Shown: positions 41,303 to 54,930 of the stretch, piece by piece
How the letters are laid out: each line of letters opens with the position of its first letter
Numbering within the stretch: the first letter of the stretch is position 1
From: Chrysomallon squamiferum
Taxonomy: Eukaryota; Animalia; Mollusca
DNA: 64,000 nucleotides
Direction of reading: 5' to 3'
NCBI GenBank assembly: GCA_012295275.1
Contig: CM022665.1
Coordinates: 42,346,001-42,410,000, forward strand
Made by a program: the position numbers and the translations under genes
The notes under the pieces: generated by a model
What the model was told of the DNA's origin: nothing
What the model saw: only the letters and a program-made list of their open reading frames with translations
The model's database searches: none

Positions 41303-42574
41303 TATATATATACACACATAAATCACACAATAATACCATCTTCAGTTATCAGAAATTGATTTTTTTTAAAACTAGTTTAAGAAAACCCAATGAAACAATA
41401 GATTTTTATAAAAATTTTAAAATCCCAAATCTGATTATTGAAGGAAGTCATATGTATTTTCTTGTCATTGTTAAAATACATGCAAAAGCCTCATTGTTGT
41501 TTACTAAAAACAAATGTTTCAGTTTTTATTGCATTTTTTCTTCTTCAAAAAACTGCATGTAGAATTAATAAATGTTTGACATCATATACCTGGAAATCAA
41601 AAAATTAATCAGAGCACATTTAGTGTTAAACAAAACCAAGCTTAATTATAACTGTAGGTGATTAACTGGTTATTGTGTTTTAAAAATATGTACATCACTG
41701 AAAATGAGATTTATCTTAAAACAAATGTTGTTGATAGCAACATTTTTAATGAGGTTCTGTGTTATTTTGAAAAATTAATGAATGTTTTAGTTTTTGTTTG
41801 TTTCAAGAACCAGTTTACCTTTGGGGTTCTGTTTGTCTGTATGGCAACTAAAACTGTTAGTTTGTTTTAAATAAAATAGTTAATTATTTTTATTCATTTT
41901 TGATTTATTTAACTGAACATTCCTTTCATACATTTCATGATTTGTGCCTTTCTTTATAGTCTATGAAAATCTTTCAAATAATTGTTTTAATTCAGTGTAT
42001 TTTCAGATTTTATTTTCTTCATTTTTATTTTTTTTATTTTTATTATTTTTTTTTTTTTGGGACATTTTTTTAACATTAGTTTGGACATTAACTCTCATTT
42101 TTTCTTCTTTCCTTTTTTTACTTTCTCGTTTGTTTTTTGTCATTTTTTTTTTTCCATTTCCATTTCTCATTTATTTGTTCTTTCTGTCTTCCTCACTCTT
42201 CTCTCTTGTAAGTTTGAATTAAAAGAATTCTTTGAAATGATTTATTAAATCACATCATGTTAGAACCTTCAGCTGCCTCCGGTGACTCTACTCTGCTGCT
42301 TACAAACCCTGTACATGTTTACTGCAGTCACACCACAAACTGAGTCAAACCTGCTGCTTCAGGAGCCTCAGTTTGGCACAGAAGGAAGCATATACTGACA
42401 TCTACCAGCACAAACTGTTTTGTCATTCTGGTGGTAGGGAACCTCTCTGATGCAGATAGCTTCATTTGATTAGCCAAAAAAAAAAGGCACCTACTTTTAA
42501 AAAAAAAAATACTGATAAGAATTAAGTGTTGGCAAACATTCTTTTTTTGTCTCTCTTTTATTAACACCAGACTT

Positions 42575-42605
<31 letters not shown>

Positions 42606-44249
42606 TTTAAATTCTTTTTTTAAATCTTTTACAAATTAATGTGGACTAAAGGTCTCTGCAGTTGACAACAAATATTTTATTTTTATTATTATTTTGTTCT
42701 CCTTTTTTGTCTTTTCTTTCCTACATTATTGTTTGGATTTGTTTTTTTCTGTGTTAATTGTATAAGAAGAATGTAATAGAATAACTGAGAATTTTATAAC
42801 ATTATTTTAAGTATTCTGAAAAACTTGTGGTTGTAAAAACTGTTAATGCCTTTTAGAAAATTATTTTTTCTTACTCATATATATATATATATATATATAT
42901 TAACAGCATTCTGTATGTCATCACTCAATTTTATCAATGCATTTAGCTTTGGGAGGGTAAAAAATATTTTTCTTTTCTTTTCTTTTCTTTTTTTCTTTTT
43001 TTTTTTTATTATTTTTTTCTTTTTTTAATCTGTTTATGTATAGCAATAGGTGTATTGTTAAAAATGTTAAGAACAACATTAACTAAAAACAGTCTATGTA
43101 TATACCTCTTCCTTTGCCCCCCAACAAGACAGGCAATGCTACGGAAGTTTTGATTGGTAACAGATGTAGATGTGTTTTGAAAACTGATTGGCTGGGGCTG
43201 GTATTCACTGTTAGGTTGTCACAGAAGTCAAGTTTATTTTGTTAAATTATAAAAAAAAAATGTAAAAAATAATATATAATAAATAAGTTTTTTTTTAAAG
43301 AAGTTTTATTTAATTATTTTTTGTATTTTATTTTGATATTATTTTACAGTTCTTAAGTAACTTCTGTTATTATATTTCAAATATTTCAAAGAATTTCTAG
43401 CTGCAGTCAAAACCAGAAAAATTAGTTACCAGTTGCATTATTAGGTAACAGCTTGAAAAATTTTAATTGCATATTTCAAAGACAGATCATAAAAGTTAGA
43501 TTTATGTTTTCCTTTTTAAACATCTATAAAAATTATTTTTCAGTAATAATAAAAGTAATAATAATAATAATAGTAATAGTAATAGTAATAGTAATAGTAA
43601 TAGTAATAGTAATAGTAATAATAAAAATAATAAAAATAATATTTTCTCATGATAGGCAAAATTAAAACAATTAGCAAATTAAAGAATGTTTTGTAACAAC
43701 CCAACATAATAAAATAAAATAAAATGTATATGATATATTTACATGAATTGATGTTAATATAAAGTGTTTAAAAAAAGAAATAAAAATAAACTAAAAATAT
43801 AAAAGTATCAGTTGAAAACAAAGAAAACACTGCTTGTTATTCTCTCATTAAAATATGTTTTTTCAAAATCTTAAAAATTTAATTTTCAGTATAATTGTAT
43901 TTAAATAATTTCTTTCGGCATCACATATAAACAACTGAGGATTTTTTTTTACTTCCTTTCTAATCCTCTTTTTATTTTCTTCCCACTTTCAAATTTAGTT
44001 GTCTTGTAATTGAAAATGTGGTCAGCTCGTAAAACAGAACAATAAAATTATTTTTCTTTCACAAAGAGTCTTCCTGTCCAGTTTTCAAATATATTTTCAT
44101 TTCCAATAAAAGATGACTACAAAAGAACAAAAAAAATTTCTTCAAATATATTAACTGCAGTGACACTTTGACCCTTGGAAAATGCTGCGGAAATGTGACT
44201 CCCTGTTAATAAGGAAAAAACACTCGCATGCAGTGGCTATTGTCTGTGC

Positions 44250-44820
44250 AGTGACCGACAAGTGACCAGTGGCCGTAATTAAAGTGACTATGTAAGCTGT
44301 TTTCTGACAGATGTCCACTTTTTTGTGACCACTCACTTCCTCCATCCAGCCAGCTGGCCATACACAAACTGGACATTGTCCAAGGTTTCTTTTTAAAAAA
44401 AAACAAACTCCTGGCTATTTTTCTTCCCTGGATGAGTGAGCACGGAATCCCAGGACAACTGAAGCCAACGTTGGTTACCTGGGGTCAGCTGAGGTCGGCA
44501 ACAGCAATGACCACATAAAGCAGACAATGACCAGACAATGCAAGCAGCTACTTAACACCCTGGACTGACTGGACCTCGGGCCACGGCTTGACCAGGCTTG
44601 ACCACGGCTGACCACTTGTTGGTTTCAACTGCTGTGGGAAAAATGGCTGGTGGCATGTTTCACCTACTGAAGACTATTAAAAATAATAACAATATCTGCA
44701 GAAAGTAATGAAAACACAACTTGGGCCTTTAGCAAATCAACCTCAGTTTGGCTCAAGTTCAGATGACCCCGGAGAGAGAGTGGGATTAATTAATTTTATA
44801 TTGACCACTGGGTGACCACA
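44250..44820. promoter_or_regulatory. TGACCA-dense intronic enhancer candidate
   Basis: Nine TGACCA hexamers, all on the + strand, in about 560 bp (44263, 44326, 44508, 44528, 44589, 44599, 44609, 44802, 44813). Confidence 0.5.
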
Positions 44821-44939
44821 ACATGTGCGTGGGAAACAATACTGCCAGATAAATAACTTAGATCTCGTTCAATACACGATGTTAATCTGGAATGAAAGAA
44901 CACATGAATATACTTCCTTCTCTCGTTCCTTTTCTTCTT

Positions 44940-45017
44940 GTTTATTTATTTATTTATTTATTTATTAATTTATTATTATTATTATTGTTATTATTATTAT
45001 AATCATCATCATCATCA

Positions 45018-45097
<80 letters not shown>
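44940..45097. repeat. (TTTA)n-(ATT)n-(CAT)n-(ATT)n compound microsatellite
   Basis: Seen directly. Representative of dozens of similar tracts in the window. Confidence 0.95.
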
Positions 45098-45099
<2 letters not shown>

Positions 45100-46261
45100 A
45101 GTGTCTACAGACTAGGTAGTTATTGATATGGACATGTCCTCTGTTATTGTCAACTGAATAATTTGAATTTTTTTTAAAACACAATACAGATATGGAGTGA
45201 CAGTAAAAAATACTTGTTTTTCTCTTTTTTATATCACTGTATTTATAACAGAATGTTTAGCCTTGAAAGTAAAGATAATTTTTAATTTTTAAAAATCTCT
45301 TTTATCATTGTCAGTCTTTATCTGTAACCTTGCTTAAATTTCTTTATTGTATATTTTTAAAGTTATTTTTTTTTATAATTGTTAATCCCATAATAATATT
45401 TATTTTTATTTTTATTATTATTAATGTAGCTTCAGACTGTTTAGTTTAGACATATTGTTATTTTTTAATTAAATGTTATGTGTTTTGTCTTTCTTTTTTT
45501 ATTTATTTATGTATGTGTTAATTTGTCTGTCATTATTTATTATATCCATGATAAATAAATAAATAAATAGATCAATAAATAAAAAAATAATTAGTTAAAT
45601 AAATAAATACATATTAAATTTCCTATTATTTCTGTCATTGTAGTTTTTCTTTGTTGTGTCTTTTTTTGTTGTTGTTTTTTTTTCTTTTCTTTTCTTGACT
45701 TTTATTTTTCCTTTTGATTTTTTTCAAGGATTTTTATATTCTTCTTTCTAAAAACATGTAGTGTATGGCATTTTGAAAATGTCAGATAAAGAAGATGTTT
45801 AAATATTTATTACAGAATGTAAGATTCCTTTTTTTGAAATAAAAAAAGTTGCATATGTTTGTCTGGTATTTTGGTAAATTATTCATTAAAAATTATCATA
45901 ACCTACATTTTATTGTACAGGTCACTTGTTACAGTAGTAAATGAAGTAGTATTTTTTATTAGTAGTAGTAGTAGTAGTAGTAACAGTAGTACTGATAGTA
46001 ATAGTAGTAATAGGAGTAGTAGTAATGCTATTATTATTAGATCATTATCAGCATCATCATCTCCTCGTCATTATTGTTATAATAATTATTGGTATCATTA
46101 TCCTCATAATTACAATTATTATTGTTATTATTATTATTATTAATGCCATTTCTGTACATTTGCTTGTTTTGTATAAATTTTCACCAGAATAAAACTAAAA
46201 TTAAATGAAAAAGGTGATATCACATGCAATACTTAACACCACTGTATATATTTATATACAC

Positions 46262-46760
46262 ACAATATATATAATATGCAGATATACACACACATATATA
46301 TAACATGCAGATATACACACACATATATATAACATGCAGATATACACATACATATATATAACATGCAGATATACACACACATATATATAAAAGCAGATAT
46401 ACACACACATGTATATAACATGCAGATATACACACACATGTATAACATGCAGATATACACACACATGTATATAACATGCAGATATACACACACATATATA
46501 TAACATGCAGATATACACATACATATATATAACATGCAGATATACACACACATATATATAAAAGCAGATATACACACACATGTATATAACATGCAGATAT
46601 ACACACACATGTATAACATGCAGATATACACACACAATATATATAACATGAAGATATACACATTCATATATATAACATGCAGATATACACACACATATAT
46701 ATAACATGCAGATATACACACACATGTATATAACATGCAGATATACACACACATATTCAC
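46262..46760. repeat. ~27-31-bp minisatellite (ATAACATGCAGATATACACACACATATAT) with higher-order duplication
   Basis: About 16 copies. The variant block containing ataaaagcagat recurs at about 46387 and 46558. Confidence 0.92.
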
Positions 46761-48202
46761 ACACACCTATACATGACCTGTCCAGACATATTCCAGCTGA
46801 TAACCAGATAAAAAAAATACATGTTAACAATTTACAATGTAAAGGTCTTGCAGTTGATAACAAATCATCTGTAACAAAAACAAAAAATAAAAAAAATTTT
46901 AAAAGTAGATTTACAAAGAAATTACATGATAAGTTTATAACTAAGACTTGTAACAGCAAAATTTAGGTTTGTTTAACCATATCTGAACAATCTGTTATGC
47001 AGTAAGAAAAAAACCTTATTAAAAAAAAAGAAGAAAAAAAGATGGTGGCAACAGATTTCATGTGTAAAGTCAGCATTACATGAGGATTACATCTTGATAA
47101 GCAGTGATTAATACCTGACTGAGCTGTTTCAGACAAATATTTACCTGTTCTCATCATCTCTTTCCTTCCAACAGGTGCTTCGTGCCAGGGTTGTTGAATG
47201 ATATTTGGACAACAAAACATAAAGACCTATAAAATTAGCCTGTTACTGAATGATATTTGGACAACAGATGATAAAAGCCTATAAAATTAGCCTATTACTG
47301 AATGATATTTTTCACAACAAATCATAAAAGTCTGTACTAAAAAATGTATTAAGGTATTTTAAACAGGTTTTCATGTTTTAATTTTACAATTTATGTTCTG
47401 AGCACATTTCTTTTTGCACCAAGTACTTCATATCATTATTACACAAGATTCATATGTTGTGCTAAAACCTTATTAAAATGTGTTTAAAGTAGTTTGAACA
47501 AATATTTCCATGCATCACTGTAATTTTTTTTTTTTATTACCAACCTCTCTCTTTCTTTCTCTAACATAATTTCATGTCAACTGGTTTCTTTTTAGGTGTC
47601 ATCATTATTACTCAACACTATAATAACTATAATAATGAAAGCCTGTTAAAATGTCTTGAGAAGTTGTTAAACAAATATTTTTACATCCAACTGTTGTAGT
47701 TCTCTTTCTTTCTCTCTCCTGATGACAAATACTTACTGGCAATAACTTGCATCTCAGATATCACCATAACCATTCTGCAAGGTGATAATAAAATCGTATT
47801 AAAATTGTATTGAGGGGGATGTTAAACAAATATTTTCCTATCTAATTATGTCGTTTTCCTGCCTGTTTTCTGACAGCTACTTGGATGTGGAGAGTTGTGT
47901 TAACAAACACACTGAGCTGAAGTGAAAACCTTGCTCTGGGTGTCGTTTTGAACAACACCGTGGACCTGGTATTCACAACAGCGTTTAGTACGACCGGCTA
48001 TTCATTCACCGTTTTTCACAAATAATGTACAGAAACATAATCATAGCGAAAATGTTGAAGGACTTAAAAAATTAAGATTACTTATCACACTAATATTTGT
48101 CATTTAAATAAACATTCTCTTTCTTTATTGCCCCCTACAATGGAGGTGTGCGTACACCTTGCTCATCAAAGCATGTCTTCTATTAATATATTCGTCTCCA
48201 AA

Positions 48203-48235
<33 letters not shown>

Positions 48236-48676
48236 CTTTCTCTTTCTCACTATTACGAATGTATAGCAGTTTATGTGCATTGCAGGCAGTTTCAAAAGGA
48301 AACCAAAGTGTTGTGGGTCAGTAGATGGGTTGCAGGTCATCTGATATAGCTAGACCTTTTTTCAGCAAGTAAACAAGCTTACACCCTCGTATGCAAGTCT
48401 GTCACTTGGTCATCCTGACCTTCGGCTGCGTTTGAGCGCAGTACTGCAGCACTGAGCACTGGGAGAATATCACACATTTCAGAATCAAACACTGGTCATT
48501 CACAGGCTGCCACTTGTCCCTGTACTGCAATCCGATGGTCTTAGCAGAAGTCAAATTGTATTTTTAAATTTTTTTTACATATATTTTATCTCTGTGTGTG
48601 TGTTTGTGTGTGTGTGAGTGTATTGAAAGGCAATGTATATACACAGAAATTATATGTATATATGTATACTTGTATG

Positions 48677-48710
<34 letters not shown>

Positions 48711-50611
48711 ATATATATATATATATATATAATTATATAATATTTATGTGTATAAATATGTATGTATAAATATGTGTGTGTATGTATGTATATATAATAT
48801 AGATGTATGTATATATATAATTTATATGTATATATATAATATGTATACATATGTCTGTGTGTGTGTGTGTGTATATATATATACAACACACACACACAGA
48901 GACACACATACATATTAAATTGAAAAGAGCTGTTTTAAAAAGACTTCTTTCTGTGAGTGTAACAGGGAGTTGTGAAAAACTGTTCTGGTCAGATAGTCAG
49001 ACAGATAGATGGATGGATGGGTGGATGTGCATGTGCAGACCTGCAGCTCTGTATTCATGTTGACAGGGAGAGAGATTCATTATCTATTGTCGTTTTGGTG
49101 AACAGGCTAAAGCAAACCATCAGCCGGCAGTGCGAAATGTCTGTCCCACATGAATGCTTCTGAATATTGAAAAATAATGCTGCAGTTTTTCCAGCAGGTT
49201 GAAGGCAGAAATTTGAGACTTGTTAACACTTTTTCTCTGGGAACCACTTGGAGAAGCCTTTCTTCTTCTTCTTCTTCTTTATTTTTTATATATTTTTTTA
49301 TATTTTTTTTGCTTTTCGCATGCATCATGATAAATAGCGTGTGACTGACTTGTGGCCACGTATCCCACTCACTCAGCCATGTGGTCTGGCTGAACGTTTC
49401 AAGTGATAAATACAAAATTAATTTAAAAAAAAAAATGTGTGTTGAAGTCTGCTCATTTGAACAAGACACCCTGGTGACACTAATGTCAGAACTCTTTAAG
49501 AAAACTGCTGGTATCGCTTTTAAAGTACGTTTTGATTTAATAAGCTGAGCTCAGTTAGTCATCACACCTTTCTCATCGTTTTTTATTTCTTTATTTTTTT
49601 TATTTTTTTATTTTTTATTTATTATTATTATATATATTTTTTTAGTGTTATTATTAGTAATAAGAGTAGTATTTTTAATTTATTATTATTATTATTATTT
49701 TTTAGTATTTTCTTTTTCATAGCAGTATCAGATTTATCTATTGCCAGATAATATATTCAGTATATTACATGATTAAATATACTAAATTTTTTAACTCTGC
49801 TTGTGGTGAATATTTTATAATACAGGGCTGTAAATAACTGGTAATCATCTGCACTTTCAGTTTTGAACTTTTCCACAACTGCATCTCTGATTAACAGCAC
49901 AAAAACAAAAAAAAAACACCAAAAAAAGTTTCTAGTCCTGTTGAATCATTTAATAGCATCTAAACATCTGTAAATGTTTGTAGTTTTTAGATCTTGGTAC
50001 AAAGAAAAGAAAAACCTTTGCCTCCATTTTTGGACTCCACACATCTGTATAATCACAAAGAGATTTCATTTCACACGTGCACACACACACACACTCACAC
50101 ACACACACAAAAAAAACAACACTTGGGATTTGATAGATCAGTTATATGAAACTGGAATGGAAAAATATCTCAATGGGAGCATGTTTAGATTGTGAAAAAT
50201 GAATCTTTTAAAAAAAAAAAAAAAAAATAATGGCAGTCATACCCAGTTTTGTTGTGACTTGCCCTGTTTGCTTTGTTTTCTCTAGGTCAGTGGGTTAGTG
50301 TTTATTATGATGTAAAGTGTGGATGATACAGTATTTCATTGTCAAATGTATCTCACGTAACCTGATTAGAAACTATTGTAATGGTAACAAAAAGCAAATT
50401 TTAATCATCATTAATTTTTTTTTTTTTTTTTTTAAATTTTTTTTTTTTATATTTTATTGTGTGTGTGTGTGTGTGTTTGGGTATGTATGTATGGGTGTGT
50501 GTGTGTGTGTTTATTTTATTATTTAGTTAATTAATTTTTTTGCTTTATTTATTGATGTTTTATTTATTTATTAAATTTTATTACTGTTAATTCATTTTCC
50601 CTTTTCATATC

Positions 50612-50658
<47 letters not shown>

Positions 50659-52807
50659 CTGTTATATTTTTCTGTATAAATTTTTATTATCCTTGAAATT
50701 CATTTTATGTCTTCACCAGATATCACTGTTAATAACATGATTACTAACACACTAACACATGTTGTATATACCACCAGTGTTATATCAGTTTGTATTGCAT
50801 ACCTGGCCAGTGTGTTGTTATACTAACCGAGTTTCAGGTCAGTTTCTCTGTATTGATTATTAAACAAGGCAGGTAACATGCCAATGGCTACCAGATCACA
50901 ACATGTTGAACCAGATGTTTATCTTTACAAAGGTCAGTGACAGATAAGTTAAATATCTACACTTTCAGTTTTTCCAGTTCTGAACAAAATTCTCTCTCTG
51001 TGTGTGCTGTGTTAACGAAAGCTAGTACAGCAACAAACATGTATGTGTTTGTAATTGAGATTATAATGATGTATTTGTATACAGATGACATAATTGTTGT
51101 GGAATTGTATTTTCTTTTATTTCTTCCTTGTTTTATTTTTTTTGTTTTCCCATTCCAAACTAGTCCTGTGAAATTTGAGAAATGGATATTTTCAAAATTT
51201 TACATTTTTGTGTAGATAAATGATGGATGTGTTACAGAATGGCATTTTTAATTTTTACCATTCCAAACTAGTCCTCTTTCTTTGCTGTATTTTTGACAAA
51301 TTTGGCAAAAAATTAATTTATCTGTGTTTTAGATGTACATGTTCATATAGCTTAATGACAGATACATTCTGGGATCCAGTTTACTTTTGACAATTTGAGA
51401 AACTTCAAGAACATATAATAATATTGTTTTATTTTTATTTTAAATCTAAATATGTTTTAATGTGACTTACCAAGTTATAAAAATGACTCCTATTTTCTTT
51501 TCATTTTTTGAATGAAAATGGTCTCTGTACATTTAAATTCTTCATAAGGAGATGATTACAAAATTAAAAAAAAATATGAAACAATATCTGATTTGACCTT
51601 GGTGCAGATGAATAATTGAAAATTGAAGAAGAAGAAAAAGACTTTATTATTAAAAGCTCTTAAATACATTAGCTTTTATTAATTAATAAATGATACAGGT
51701 TTGATGAAACTTATTTCCTATCATTATAATGTTTTTCTTTCTCTTATTTTTTTTCCTTTCTTTCTTTCTTTTTTTTTTTTTTTTTTTTTATAAATTAAAA
51801 AACAAAAAAATCCAGCATAATTATAATAATAATGAGACAAGAAGAGATAATGACTGATGTAACAACATACGTATTGATGTTTTGTACTTTATTTCATCAG
51901 TAAATGTCTCCTTTTTTGTCTGTCTGTCTGTATGGTGGCTTTTAGATGGTTGTCTAAGTTGCTTTTGGGTTTCTGTTGATCTGTAAGTGTCTAACAGGTG
52001 GATTTTTTAACAGTCTAATGCCTGTTATGGCACCTGATTAATGTCTTCTAGGATATCCATTGATGTCCAGTTCAAGTCTTTTAATATCATCCTGGTGCAT
52101 TGCAGGTGTTGGTCTAATAGCTTTTGGCTATCTCATTAATACGTTTTTACTGATCCAGTCTAAAGATTAGTGCCTTTTAGTGTGCCAGATCAGTTTAGGT
52201 TTCCAAGTAACATTTCATTCAGTATCAGGTTATGTTTAAATATTTTTCAAAATATTAAAAGTAATTTGAAAGAATTATTTTTTTTTTTTTTTTTATTATG
52301 TTTTTAAAGTCTTATTTGAGAAGAAAAAGGGGAGAAAAAAAGTAATAATAAAAAAAACTACTCCTTGGCAGATTGTCCAAAACATTTAAAAAAAAAAAAA
52401 AAAAAAAAAACCACCTTGCCAATTCTTTCTTCCATCCTTTTTCTCTGAAGATATTTCTAAGACAGTTGTAAATAAAAATAAAGATTCACAACAGAATGGT
52501 GTTAATGATAACGAGACTTTGAGATGTGAGAGAGATGACCACTTTTATTACCACTACATTGTCTGTCCCATCCATCACCCTCAACACCAACAACATCACC
52601 ACCAACACCAACACCAAGACAACAGTGGATTGTCCATCACAGCTGCAACGCTGGATGTGTTGCTGTTTTTTACAGGCGTGGTGGATGTTTTTACATACAC
52701 AGGACCACATGTTGCTAGCCGCAGACAATGTAGGTTAGGCCAGGCCAGTGGCTTGTTTTCTTATCATGTTCTGTTTGTATCATTGTGTTCTGTTTGTACT
52801 GGGTGAC

Positions 52808-52809
<2 letters not shown>

Positions 52810-52865
<56 letters not shown>

Positions 52866-52969
52866 TGTGTGTGTGTGCGTCTGTATGTTTGTGTGTGTGT
52901 GTGTGTGTGTCTGTGTGTGTGTGCGTCTGTATGTTTGTGTCTGTGTGTGTGTGTGTGTGTGTGTCTGTG

Positions 52970-53011
<42 letters not shown>

Positions 53012-53066
53012 TGTGTGTGTGTGCGTCTGTATGTTTGTGTGTGTGTGTGTCTGTTGTGTGTGTGTG
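52810..53066. repeat. Long interrupted (TG)n tract with a repeated gcgtctgtatgtttg cassette
   Basis: Seen directly. Confidence 0.95.
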
Positions 53067-53335
53067 TTCTCTAGGAAATGTAGTGAAATGTTTGGAAGTG
53101 AGGAGGAGGTTTGACTTCTTGTTGTTGTTCTGGTTATGTTGTTTTGTTTTCCAAGAAAATCACTATGAAATGCTTTGAAATCAATTAATTTATATGAAAA
53201 AAATATATATTTTACATAATGAATTTATGTTAAACATCTTAAAATAAATATATATAGGATACTTTGAGCACTAGTAAAATAAATGTTCTTTGAATAAAAT
53301 ACTGATAGCAAAAGTTGATTAATTAAGGTGAGAAT

Positions 53336-53383
<48 letters not shown>

Positions 53384-53937
53384 AATTTTAATTTATCTTA
53401 GGTGTATTTAAAACACATACACTTCTAAAGAAATTAAAAAAGAAAAAAATAATTATTACTTTTTTTTTTTGAATTTGTATCCATCACATTAACTCTCTTG
53501 CCATTGTTTTTTTTATATATTTATTATCCCTCGATCAGAAACATATGGTTCTTATTTTGCCTTTTAAATCAGCTTTTGGTAATAAACAAGTGAAATAAAG
53601 AATACATTTAAATAATAATAACCTTAAAACTGATAGTTTATAATTTAAATTCTTCTGTAATTGATTTTTGAAAACAATTTATAAGGATCCCTGACATTTC
53701 CAAATAGTTTCAAACAAGATGTTTTTACATAATTATAATTCATAGTTTTTTTTTGTTTTGTTTTGTTTTGTTTTTTAAAAAGAAATGAGTTCTGTTGTAT
53801 TAAATAAATAATGTACAATACACTCGTATTCAGTACTGAGTGCGTGGAAATGTCAGTGAATTTTCTTTTGGATGTATACTTTAGCACATATATATATATA
53901 TATGTATGTATGTATGTATTTTATATTTTATATGTAC

Positions 53938-53980
<43 letters not shown>

Positions 53981-54776
53981 CACACACACATACGTACATA
54001 TGTATCTTTTTACATTTTGACATATGAATTTTGTTTTATTTCTAATTTAAAAGAAAGAAAAGAAATTAACAAAACTTTAAAAAATAATCTCTACGCTGAT
54101 TTATTTTTTTTTTATTTTATTTTTTTTCACATACTTAAACCCTGAGTGTTCTTTGATCCCAAACTGACCACCCACTGATTATTACTAATCAGTTGACCAA
54201 GTTATCGGTCACACAGTGACCAGCACGGGTCACACAGTGACCAGCAGATGTGTTAAATCAATAATTAGTCGACTGGCTAATTTGACCTACATCGGTCTCT
54301 CTCAGAGAGAGATTTGCCTGACAACACATTCATCACTGCACACAATTGTCTCTATTCCCACCTGACAAAGTGTATCCACACACCATTAACTGTTTTGGTT
54401 AACTGCCTGCCTCAAACAGACTTTCCCAAAGTGCCAGGCATCAAAGTCCTGGACCACTGAGATTTAACGAAGTGAAACGAACGGCCTGAAAAGAAAAAAT
54501 TAAAAAAAAATCCATCAGCTTGCCCTTTACAAACAAAACAAAAAATAAAAATACATTATATATAGATAGAGATATACAAGTAATTAAATAGAGCTTAGGT
54601 AGCTGTCGGTCACTGACTTTGTACTTAGCCCCTTCGGTCAGTGGTTAGGGGAAATGAGGTCACAAAAATGATATTCGATGGAAGTTCGCCAACATTGTTG
54701 ACAGCTACTAAAAGCTGATAGTCTGGAAGTGGGCAGTTGTCCAGCTTTGTTTCTCAAAGTACTTTTACATACACAC

Positions 54777-54930
54777 ATACATCACACAGGTATATTACTG
54801 AGACAGGCCGCAGAAATATTTACACCTACATATATACATATGTATATATACACACACATACATCACACACATACATCACACAGGTACATTACTGAGACAG
54901 GCCGCAGAAATATTTACACCTACATATATA
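54777..54930. repeat. Direct duplication of about 60 bp
   Basis: catacatcacacaggta(t/c)attactgagacaggccgcagaaatatttacacctacatatata is present twice. Confidence 0.85.

Noticed and set aside
46220-46959. Long Cys/Tyr/Val-rich ORFs (up to 235 aa) and similar ORFs at 2822-3358, 14927-15435 and 52748-53178
   Set aside because: These are translations of mini- and microsatellites open in several frames at once, with no domain content.
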